Below the pieces are notes generated by a model, which worked only from the letters and a program-made list of their open reading frames with translations, was not told where the DNA came from and made no database searches. The position numbers and the translations under genes were made by a program. DNA of 52,739 bases from Vezdaea acicularis. Taxonomy: Eukaryota. Each line of letters begins with the position of its first letter. Position 1 is the stretch's first letter. Below are positions 35,033 to 47,034 of this stretch, piece after piece. The stretch is taken from the NCBI GenBank assembly GCA_026025075.1, contig JAPEUI010000109.1, forward strand, positions 1 to 52,739, written 5' to 3'.

Positions 35033-38000
35033 TCATTTCATCATGCTAGTTCCACCCGTCCCTATCAATGCAAATTCCGCTACTGTTGCGCCAACTGTTT
35101 CAGGACTTCCCTGTGTCCCCTCGATTTCCAGTCTCGCATAAGACCCACTCCAGATTTTCGTATCACTCGATATTGTGACGTTAGTTGTATTACCCTCATA
35201 TGGGCGTATGATGTCGTTCGTTGCTACGTCGAACGGGCTTGAGACTGATATATTGTCGACACTTATTGATACAATGACCCCGTCGAAAGCAGAATTATTA
35301 GCCAGCAACACGGTAGCTGACACTGGTGGAGCCTGGCCCCAATCAAAGCTCAGCGCGGTGACCTGCTGAGGAGCGACCGTGGACATATCAATGGTGATTC
35401 CTGTCCTGCCGGTAGACACCGGTTGCCACTTGGTGCTGGCATCGCCATCAACTGCTGCAAGCGGAAACTGACCAGCCTGGTAAGCGTCTGACGAAGACGC
35501 TGGCCGACACTGAATGATGTTCCCAGAATCACTGATTTCGCTGAAATATTGGCGGTTTTCAATGATGAGGGACGCTCCAGCCGCAAGATTCTCCACACGA
35601 CGCTCAGCCTGTCCAACCAGGATTGGCATATTCTGACCAGCATACGTATCGTTGACATAGGTGTCACTTGTCACAAACCGAGTAAGCGTCGTATGGGTAT
35701 TATTGATCGTAGCCGAGAGTGTGGCGCCACCATAGTAAAAGCGTCGGAGACGCACTTGAGGAATCTGAGGTGGAAGTGCCGGGTCCACCAGGAGGTATTG
35801 CTGATCGGTCCGCATCCCAAGCCAACCATAAAGACCTACTTGATTGAATCCCCCATGACCAGTACTGTGTCGCTATTAACATGATTTTTCGTGATGGAGA
35901 GCATGGAGGAAGCTTACAGGAACGGGAAAGCGGGATTTGTGCCCCCATTAGCGGTATAGTTGTCAATCTGCTGCTCTGAGAACTGATACCAAGGTGCTCT
36001 GGTGTAAGGCTTGAAAGCATTCAACGAATACGTATAGGCGCTACAGCCTGACAGAGACACCTCGTTTGCAATTATACTAATGATACTGTAGGTCATGGCT
36101 GGTCCGTCTGCGGACTGTTTGTTTGAATACTGAAAATCTATGTTTAGTAGCTATACCTGGGGGCTTGAGGCCTTTTAGCAATACTCACATAAGCCAAGTC
36201 CATCCGCGACTGAGCTTCAGTATAGTTGTTTGAGTAGTCCAAAGGGTATGTATTTAAGACAACATCTGCCTGTTTTACAGGTACGCTGTTGTTCATACCA
36301 TCGTACTCGATAGTAATGCCGGATGGGTCGTATGGAACTGCCACATTGCTTGAAATATTTGTCCAAGTCTCGTTAATGCCCATCCCGTAAAGACCTCTGA
36401 AATAATTCGCAGTGGCAAGGACCTTGCTTGCAGACGCCAAAGTGTATGCTCCGTTGTTAACGAAATTGGCGTATTCATCCTGTTAAGGTCAGTCAGGGAC
36501 AGTACCTGTATTTCAAAAAGTTATTCAACAAACCGGATCAGTCATGTTGATGATGTCCCATTTTTGAGTGCTACCATTGTAGTGAAGTAGTTCCGCGTAC
36601 ATGTACGCAACGGATTGGTAAATAGGCCACGCTTCGTCGTGCCACCATTGCTCATCACCAGTAATGTTGCGATGCTGGAGGAGCATCTGAGCAATGTCAC
36701 TGTTCAGATGATACTGATAATCTACACAAGGGCCGGTCCCAGTGCAGTTGCCAAAGCGCGCGCTCGTCCACGGATACAAAATCGCGTCACTTGTAAAGCC
36801 ATTGTCCAAGGCATTTTGGTGAGCTTGACCAGCCTTTGCAATTCGGTAATTAGCGATAGTTCTCGCGTACTTTGGATGAGATGCAACAAGTCCTGGAGAC
36901 ATGAAAATGTCAGCGTCCCAGAAAACAAGGCCGCCGTAGGGTTCTTCGGAAATTCCGCCCACACTGATGCTGTTATCATCCAGGCCTTTTCCTAGCCCAT
37001 CCGGAAGAGTGTTCTGTAAAAGGTAGAATGGCGTGAAGACTGAGATTATCTGAAGGTCCTGAATGTTTGGATCATTAGGAAGGGTACCGTCCGCGTTAGA
37101 GTAATCGTCTACAGACTCTCTTGGCAATAATTCCTCCCAAGCAGCTTGGTGCTCTGCGAGCAGAGCATCCCATCCTGTAGATCGAGCTGATGTGGAAGCA
37201 TTGCGGGATGTTCGCTCTGGGTTCGAGAACGCATCTGCGGAAGCGCCTCCAATATACTTGAAAAGTGTCGCCGTTTCGCCAGCTTTCAGCTTGATATCAA
37301 AGGATTGTGCAATTGTAGTCTCATTTTCAGATATATAAGCTGAATTATTGCCAACTCTTCTCGAACTCTGATTGATTGCCATCGCAGAGAAGTCGGCGGA
37401 CGACACCACGAACGCGGTAATATTGGACAGTCCGTTGGGATACACAGCAGAGTAGATCGAAGATACATTTGGGTCCATCCCTTTGTTAATCGCAGTAGAT
37501 CTGACAGCACTCCGTCCGTCTAGAATGTCAGTCACTGTGCCAATAGCATCTTTTGAAGCAGTAATGTCGGCGCGAACTGCCGCAACATTCGGCCTGCTTC
37601 GACTGACGAAAAGCGTGTATACCACACGGAACTGCGTCTGAGACCCACTTGGCGTCCATGTATACGTCCATGTTGCAAGCCCCTGCTTAGCCGACAGGCT
37701 CGAGTTGAACCCGGTTATAGTTGAGTTATTCACTGTTGCATCCAGGAAGGCACCCCCAAATTCAAACAGAATTGCTCCCCAGTGTGGTATCCCCGATATC
37801 ACACTCTCTCCGCCCTTTTTTAAAAGTTCCGGAAAGTTGGTTCGAGTTGTGTTTGGCTGCGAGTCCCAGAACCCAGCAATTGAACAGAATGTCTGCCGTG
37901 GGCTATCCAAAGGCCATCCATTGATTGGGAGGGGACCGCCATTAGGGTCAGTCAAATTCTTATCTGCCTCGTAGAAAGGTCCAGCAGCAGCCAATCCGAG

Positions 38001-38201
38001 ACCGAGATATCCATTTGCAAGGTTGATGCGCGACTGGAACTGCGCCTGAATCAACTCGTTCGTAGACAAAATCCAGTTGTTATGGTCATAGGTAGTGTAG
38101 GGCGCAGGTATATTGAAATCAGCTGCTTGCGCTCGCACATGTGTCGTGAAAGCTGCCGATACAAGTACCAGAGTGGTCTTGAAAGCTGAAAGTATAGCCA
38201 T
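35033..38201 (-). CDS. ATH1: Secreted acid trehalase, glycoside hydrolase family 65 (multi-exon)
   Basis: Signal peptide MAILSAFKTTLVLVSAAFTTHVRAQ; LANGYLG; GLVFWDADIF; YPWTSARFGNCTGTGPCVDYQYHLNSDIA; NMTDP-DEYAN; VKQADV; DGPAMTYS; C-terminal AVDGDASTKWQP. Confidence 0.92.
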
Positions 38202-39688
38202 GATCGTTGGTAAAACCGCTGAAGGCAAGTAGACCTGCAAGTTGTCCAACCTTTCTAGACTCAGGCCGTATCTCTGCGGGATATCCGAAGGTCCGGCAAT
38301 CTCTGAGGGTTCTTGAAATGCAGGAAAGACATGAAATCTACGTTCAATTAGTCATAGGGCCTTAGCAACAAGATCGCTGAGGAAAGGCGTCGTGGACGAA
38401 CATCAGCAAGACGAGGAGATATGGGATGTATAGCCAATACAGAGAGCCATAATATGGAGACCTCCTCAATCTAAACCTCTCGTTCCCCTCCCGTTCGGCA
38501 CGAAGTTGAGGACTTCCCGGAGCCATGACGCAGGTGCTGATGAACAGGAGGCACCGGTCTTTAGCGCGCAATGGCTGGCAATTTGAAGGTTGGTCCGCTA
38601 CGTAGCCTTGCGGCCACCGAGGTGGCGAGAAGTACTAAAAGCCTTGGGTACGCCCCGGCGAATGCCTTGGCATGTGGGGCAGCGCCGACACCTAGCCTCT
38701 TAACCGACGCCTTACGTCTTAGGGTGAGGGTGCGCGGGAACGGGTACGAGTAGACCTTCCAGCGTGATCAAGTGATCGTGAAATAAGAAAATGCCATCCC
38801 GCAATAGCGCCGAAGCTTGTGGGTCGAGAAATGTGGGGAAGATCTAGCGAGATCGACCCTGAACCCGATTTCATCATCGAGAGGAGAACCAGGAAATGCC
38901 GTCAAGCGCTAGCGGGAGGAAACGCAACCTTTCTCTTCTCTGCCCAATGGGACGGTCTCCATGGCTCTGTTCTCACTGAATAACCCGCTTATGTTATAGG
39001 CTTCGCGAAGTTCACGCCCAATGACGTCAGAAGCTCCGTCACTTCTGCAGGAACCAAAGGCGTCAACGGTCCCATTTGAAAAGGATAACAAAATTACAGA
39101 TTTATAGGAGGGCTGGGAGAATTTTCGTCGAATGGTCGAACGGTAATTGAGTATCGGGTGATTTTTGATAACCGTCTCATCACTCAAGGCTTGGATGTTT
39201 TTGCCAAGCTACTAAGAAAAGGAGGGAGAATGCTACGCGTTATCCCGTTGCGCATCCATTCACGTATCGTGGTCACATTGACTGCAATTTGCCTAGCTTG
39301 ACTAATAACTATCATTGATATACGTGGGCGATTCTACAGAGCTCAGCTAGTCTGGATCGTAGCCTGCACGTACTGGTATGAATTTGGTTCTTGACGATGG
39401 GCTCTAAGAATGTTAGGCTCCTGGAGACGACTTTCGCTAGTGACTCGATAACCTTAAGTGGTTTAATATAAGTCCAGAAATACTCGCCCAAAGTTCTTGG
39501 ACGTAGTTGATAGCTCACATAGAGAGGCTCTTTAACAATTGGCGTGGCATCCCAAGCTGGGGCGTTGAGTATCAACCATAAGGATCCCTTCGCTATCTCG
39601 ATGTCATTCCTGACACCCTTGTTCGATATATGAGCAAGAAAACCGAATTCCGCAAGCCCGCTCTCAAGCCAACGACCGAGCCCATGAG

Positions 39689-42600
39689 ATGAATACTCAT
39701 GGACAAGGAACTCCTCGGTACGACACGCTCCGTAAGTAGACACCAAGTACATCTTCATATATCCAATATTTGCCATGAATGAGCACTGTTATGACGATTT
39801 TCATACGTTCCTAAGTAGACTTACACTGACAATTGCATCACGTAGGGGAATCCTCGCAAGATGATGCCTCCACGACCCACTCCCCACAACTTGTACCACA
39901 TCACACAAACCACCTGGATGCGCTCTCGGATGAAGATGTAGCCCCTCATGACACATCTGCCTTGTGGGACGAGAGCGACTCGGATTCTACGGGACTGGGA
40001 GATGATAAGGCACACAATGCAAGCAAGGAGAAAGCTCGCAACAAACTCCATGAGGTTGAACATCGACGCGAGACAGGGAACACAACACCTTCGGATGACA
40101 CCTTGGAAGGTTTGCTTCCGCGCGACAAGCAAAGGAGGACTGCACTATATGATTATGCTGCAGAGAAACAGATGAGTCACGCGGAATCGAAGCTCTTCTA
40201 TCAGCGTAGCCAGAATGAAGCTCAAGAAATCGGAGGAGCTGCCTCATTACAAAATGCTGACGGGCTCACTCGAGCAATGACGGCCCCAAGTATGGTTGGA
40301 GAACCTGGCACATTGAGTCGGACTGGGAGTCTTAGGTCCAGACAAAGCACTCGGAGTTTCATCCACACCCAAGGGTCTATCAAATCAGGTGTTCCGACCA
40401 GCTTGGTAAACGAGAACGACCTTGCTGGAATCACAAGCATGCATGAGCCAAGTCAAGGCAATGATGATCATGAGCACTCCAGCTACATAGCGACAGTGGA
40501 GCGCTCTGCCGGCCAAGGCGGAAATGTTGCAAGAAGTCAGACCTCCAATGTTGGGCTGTCTCGTGAACACGAGGATGTGGGTCTTCATGCTCAGAGCGCT
40601 GAGGCGATGGAAGCTGCAATTGGAGTAGGAAACACTAGCGGAGGCTTTGCGGACAGAGATGGCAACATCAAGACAGAACTCGGCGAAATATATACTAGGA
40701 TCCAGAGAGTTCTTGACCTTCGTCACAAATATATTCGACTTTCTTTACAAGGACCTAATGATAACCCGAAAGATGATCCTGCCTGGCAAATATATCCGCC
40801 ACCTCCCGAGCCTGCATGGGAGGATGAGAGGGAACGTTACGGGGCCAACACTGGGACAGATAGCATGACCAACAGTGGAATACTCGCATCTGAGTCCGCC
40901 ACACGCTTCAACAGCGAGATTGGTCGTCCGCTCAGCTCTACAGGCTCACAGGCAAACCTTCGGTCTCCTCTTGCACCGCTGCGGAGGCGAAAACCTGGTC
41001 AGAACATAGGTGAAGATTTTGACCTCGCCGACTTATTGATACCAGAAGCAAGTGAGATGACCTTCCAGCTCGATGAAAATAGCGTATATCAGGTATACGA
41101 AAACGCTACGTCCGCTCAACTTGATACTCCTGTCGTGAATATCCCCACGCTTCGCGAATTCTACATGGATCTAGATCAAATATCGAACGTATCTTCTGAT
41201 GGTCCCAGCAAGAGTTTTGCATTCAGGAGGCTGCAATACTTGGAAGGCAAATTCAACCTTTACATGCTGCTCAATGAGTACCAAGAGGTAGCCGACAGTA
41301 AACGGGTGCCTCACAGGGACTTTTATAACGTGCGTAAAGTCGATACGCATGTGCACCATTCAGCCTGCATGAACCAGAAACATCTTTTGCGCTTTATCAA
41401 AAGCAAGATGAAGAAATGCCCCGATGAAGTTGTCCTGGTTCGGGACGGCAAGCATCTGACCCTTCGCGAGGTTTTTGAAAGCATCAACTTGACAGCGTAT
41501 GACCTTAGCATAGATACGCTCGATATGCATGTAAGTTCGAACAAGTATTGTCCACTTCTCCATTTGCCTGACATTTGAGTAGGCTCACACCGATTCCTTT
41601 CATCGTTTCGATAAATTCAATCTGAAATATAACCCTGTAGGCGAGTCGCGACTTCGTGGGATCTTCCTCAAGACCGACAACTTTATCGAGGGTCGGTATC
41701 TGGCTGAGTTGACAAAAGAAGTCATATCCGATCTCGAATCAAGCAAATATCAGATGGTCGAATGGCGGGTTTCGATCTATGGGCGTGAGATAAACGAATG
41801 GGATAAACTAGCAGCTTGGGTTTTGGACAATAAATTATTCTCACATAACGTCCGCTGGCTTATCCAAGTCCCGCGTCTCTTTGACGTCTATAAAACAGAG
41901 GGTCGCATGGAAAACTATGAGCAGGTTGTTATCAACTTATTTCGGCCGTTGTTTGAAGCCACAAAAGATCCTTCTAGCCATCCAAAACTTCACGTGTTCC
42001 TGCAAAGAGTCATTGGCTTTGATAGCGTGGATGATGAGAGCAAAACAGAGCGTCGTCTTTACAAAAAGTTCCCAAGTCCCAAAGACTGGAATACGAAACA
42101 GAATCCTCCATATAGCTATTGGATCTATTACCTCTTCTCTAATATCGCATCTCTTAATGTGTGGCGAAAACAGAGAGGATTCAACACTTTCCTGCTCCGG
42201 CCACATTGTGGAGAAGCTGGTGGAACAGAACATTTAGATGCCGCTGCTCTCTGCTGCCATAGCATCAGCCACGGCCTTCTCTTACGAAAAGTACCGTTGC
42301 TGCAATATGTTTTTTATTTGGAGCAGATAGGCATCGCGATGTCTCCATTGAGTAACAACGCTCTTTTCCTTGCCTACGAAAGGAATCCCTTTCCCCAATA
42401 TTTCAGGCGGGGCCTTAATGTGTCGCTCTCGACTGATGATCCACTCCAGTTTGCTTTCACCAAAGAACCTCTGATAGAAGAATACTCTGTTGCTGCGAAC
42501 ATTTATAAGCTGAGCGCTGTCGATATGTGCGAGCTCGCAAAGAACTCAGTGATGCAAAGCGGCTATGAGCACGCTGTAAAGCAGCGATGGTTAGGCCCTG

Positions 42601-43309
42601 ATTACAACCTACCTGGTGCTCTGGGTCACTCCATGGCAAAAAGTAATGTCCCTGATATTAGGGAGGCGTTCCGATATGAGACACTGACTCAAGAGCTCTT
42701 AATGTAAGGTCATGAAAGCTTCAAATGGACATGCTAACAAGATGTAGGGTTAATCGCTACAGTTCATCAAGTTCGAATCAAGCAACGGCATCTTCCAATC
42801 TACCGCAAAGACCCAACTTTGCTCAACAACCACCAGCGCCACAGATGAATAACATAAGTTCAATTCCAGCTCATATTTCGCCAGTCATTCCCGCGCAACA
42901 AGCTCGAGGGCCTCAATCGCCATCATTCCCTGCGCAACAGGCACGGCTTCCGCCTTCTTCCTCGGCCGTAGATATGACTACACTCAGCGGCCGGGAGAAT
43001 GTTTCAATTGGAGCAGCTGCGCTTTCTCGGCGGCAGTCAAGCTCCGTGGTACCATCAACCCCAGCACAAGGTCCAACAGCAAGATGGCCTGCGGAGGGAA
43101 TAGCGCATGCCGGGATGATAGCTGGTGAACCGAGAATATTTCCGGGCGTTGTGAGTAAAAGTGCAAGAAGAGACAGTATACGCCAAGGGAGTATGTCGGA
43201 ACGAGATAGAGAAGGCTTGGCCAGCCAGAGGGCTAAGATTCCCTTAAGCTCCGTTGGAACCAGAGACGAACAGCAAGAGCAGATCGAGAAGTCTGAAGAA
43301 CTTCAATGA
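39689..43309 (+). CDS. AMD1: AMP deaminase (start tentative; introns ~39732-39845, 41531-41582, 42704-42747)
   Basis: [65 protein letters not shown] signature motifs. Confidence 0.96.
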
Positions 43310-43562
43310 ATAGCGACATATCTATTATCACTTATCCTAATCCTCATTAATCCAGAGTGCTATCTGCTACAGTATCATAGTTGCTGTGACCAAGCTCGCT
43401 AAGATATTGGTTATGCTCCTGTGGTAGTCGCCCTTGCCGGAAGTTGCCGTGCTCTCTGGAGCGCCAAGACTTTCGAAGAGAACACCTTCGGAATATCCGC
43501 GCGGTACTCCCCTGTCACAGTGTAATTCAACTCTTCACTTTTTCAACTCCCCGTCGGCCACC

Positions 43563-46277
43563 ATGGCTGTTGTTACCCCAGTGGATCCATTCCTTCAGGG
43601 GCACACAGGTAGAAATACACGTGGTCTTCTCAGGCTCGTCATTCTTTGCACAATTGCGGCTGCAGCTGTAGCAAGTAGGCTGTTTAGTGTTATTAGTACG
43701 TACGCGCAAGGTCGAAGGAAAGGCTTCATAGGACCTCACCAATGGAGACTTGACGGAGATTAATCTCGTATCGTAAAAGTTACTAACTGATACTCTCCAC
43801 AACATAGGATTCGAGAGCATTATTCATGAATGTATGTTTTCCCAGCAGACCAAGTCGAGCAAATGGCTCCCTATACCTGCACTAAGAGCTTGACACCTCT
43901 GAGCCAATCTCATTTATGTAACTCATAGTCGATCCGTGGTTCAACTTTCGAGCGACGAAGCATTTAGTAGAGCATGGATTTTACAGTTTCTGGGACTGGT
44001 TCGACGATCGTAAGCCGCCCTTTTCATATTCCTAGCCATTAACATGAAAACTCAAAGACATGAGCAAAATCTCTTCATTCCCTCAAGGTGTGCGCATAGC
44101 TTTGAAAAAGCTAAACTTACCACTATCTACAGGCACATGGCATCCGCTCGGCCGAGTGACTGGAGGCACTCTTTATCCTGGACTCATGGTTACAAGTGGA
44201 GTCATCTACCACATCCTACGTTTCCTTACGATTCCTGTCGACATTCGAAATATATGTGTCTTGTTGGCTCCTGCATGCTCTGGATTGACAGCGTTAGCTA
44301 CCTACCTGTTAACGTCGGAGCTGTCACCTTCGCCCTCTGCTGGCCTACTAGCGGCCGTCTTTATGGGAATCGCGCCTGGCTATATCTCAAGATCAGTGGC
44401 TGGAAGCTACGACAATGAAGCTATTGCCATATTTCTCCTCGTCTTCACCTTCTATCTATGGATCAAGTCCGTGAAGAATGGTTCTGCCATGTGGGGAGCA
44501 CTGACTGCCCTTTTCTATTTCTACATGGTTTCAGCATGGGGTGGTTATGTCTTCATCACGAACATGATACCACTTCACGCCTTTGTCCTCATTGCCATGG
44601 GGCGATTCAGCCCTAGGCTGTATGTGAGCTACAGCACATGGTTTGCCTTAGGAACCCTTGCCAGTATGCAAGTGCCATTTGTAGGTTTTCTACCCATTCG
44701 GAGTAGTGAACATATGTCTGCGCTTGGTTTGTCTTCCATTTGATCGAGAGGGGAATATCTCTAATTGGAGAATAGGAGTCTTTGGTCTGATGCAGTTGGT
44801 CGCTTTTGTTGAGTTTGTGAGACAGCAGGTACCAAGTAAACAGTTCCAGACACTTTTGCGGGCACTGATTATCGTCATCTTTGTCGTGTCTATCGGTGGA
44901 CTAGTCCTCTTGACCGTATCGGGCGTGATAGCCCCTTGGACAGGGCGCTTCTACTCATTATGGGATACTGGCTATGCGAAAATCCATATTCCAATCATTG
45001 CATCCGTTTCGGAGCATCAGCCAACGGCCTGGCCAGCCTTCTTCTTCGACCTCAACATGCTGATCTGGCTTTTCCCGGCGGGCGTATATATGTGCTTTCG
45101 AAACCTTAAGGATGAGCAGGTCTTTATCATCATCTACGGAGTTCTATCAAGCTACTTTGCTGGAGTGATGGTTCGGCTGATGCTGACCTTGACACCTGTT
45201 GTTTGTGTAGCAGCAGCGCTAGCATTGTCTAACATACTCGATACCTATTTGACCGTGGATTCTCCATCAGCCGAGACGTATGCAAATGGTAATGGGTCGG
45301 GTGATATCCCACCGATCAACACCACCTCTTCAACAGCTTCCAAGAAAGCCGCCACCCATGACGGACTGCGATCAACTCGAGTTCCCTTTATTGGGGTATT
45401 CTCAAATGTTTCGAAAGCAACAATCGTAGGAGCAATCACCTCCTACCTTCTTCTCTTCGTGTTACATTGCACCTGGGTAACATCGAACGCTTATTCATCC
45501 CCGTCTGTTGTCCTAGCCAGCCGGCTACCTGATGGTAGTCAGCACATCATCGACGATTATCGAGAAGCTTACTACTGGCTTCGGCAAAATACCAAGCAGG
45601 ATGCTAAGATAATGTCATGGTGGGACTACGGCTATCAGATTGGTGGTATGGCAGACCGCGCGACGCTTGTTGATAATAATACCTGGAATAATACTCATAT
45701 TGCGACTGTTGGAAAAGCCATGAGCTCCCGAGAAGAAGTTAGCTATCCCATTATGCGGCAACATGAGGTTGACTACGTCCTGGTAGTATTTGGTGGTCTT
45801 CTCGGATATTCTGGAGACGACATCAACAAGTTCTTATGGATGGTGAGAATTGCTGAAGGTATCTGGCCAGATGAAGTCAAGGAACGAAACTTCTTCACTG
45901 CTAGAGGGGAGTACCGAGTTGATGATGAAGCGACACCCACGATGAAGAACAGTCTCATGTACGTAATAATGAATGAGGGCCAAGGATTTTACTAATGGAG
46001 TTGTAGGTATAAAATGTCGTACTACAACTACAACAACCTCTTTCCTGCTGGACAGGCTCAAGATCGAGTACGAGGCTCAAAATTGCCGACCGAAGGGCCG
46101 CAGCTGAATACCCTAGAGGAGGCGTTCACGAGCGAGAATTGGATTATTCGGATCTATAAGGTGAAAGATCTGGATAACGTGGGCCGAGATCACGCTAGTG
46201 CGGTTGCGTTTGATAAAGGCAACAAGAAGAAGAAATCGGCGGCGAAAAGAAGAGGGCGTATCTTAAGAGTTGATTGA
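43563..46277 (+). CDS. STT3: Oligosaccharyltransferase catalytic subunit STT3 (multi-exon)
   Basis: [81 protein letters not shown]. Confidence 0.97.
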
Positions 46278-46618
46278 TTTCTGGGATAAGAAAATTAGTG
46301 TAAAAGTATGTAGAGTAACAGTAAAAATCTTGCATAGGACTCTCTCATTTGCTGCGTAGTAATGGGTCAGACCACCATAGTCAAGCTGAGATGCCCCAAA
46401 GAGCCGGTATTGACGCATTCTAGTGCTGCATCTCGTTATTGATGATGTGACACGATTAGGATTATGGGAATTTCTTCCAGCAGCCAGACGGCCTAGAAGA
46501 TGGTTGCATACCGGGATGACGTGGTTGTAGTGGAGGGACGGCATAGATGCTAATTGGTTATTTGTGCATAAGCGAGCATTAGTATGCGCTTCTAATGCAA
46601 CGCAGCCTATTAAACGAT

Positions 46619-46686
46619 GAATAAACTGTCAAGCGCGCTTTCGTTTCGCTTGGCGTCAAGGACTAACGGCGCTTGACGGTTTATTC
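46619..46686. repeat. 18-bp inverted repeat (hairpin) upstream of the orphan ORF
   Basis: GAATAAACTGTCAAGCGC (46619-46636) and GCGCTTGACGGTTTATTC (46669-46686) are complementary at 17/18 positions. Confidence 0.7.
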
Positions 46687-47034
46687 CTCATCTCATTGGT
46701 TACACTTCAATTTTTAGTGTGCTCTATCTATGGTAGCGACTATACAACTTCTGATAACCTGTCGTGTCATTGAATCATTGGATAAAGTAAATTGCGCATG
46801 TATGAAAATTGCTTGTGTTAATCTCGCTTAAGCTAAATCAATTCGCAATTGGTTAGTTTCATTGAATCAGACCTAACAAAAATGGAATAGGCAGTTTTCA
46901 TATCACGCTGGACGGTTTATTCTACTTGTGATTGGTTATTATAGACACGCCACTATAAGCCATAAGTGGCCTTCCTACCATGTCAATAAATATCAATGCA
47001 TCCGCCATAGCATTTGATGTCTCCCATCAAAATC

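Noticed and set aside
39312..39776. 154-aa minus-strand ORF upstream of AMP deaminase
   Set aside because: Overlaps the putative first AMD1 exon in antisense and has no recognisable motif
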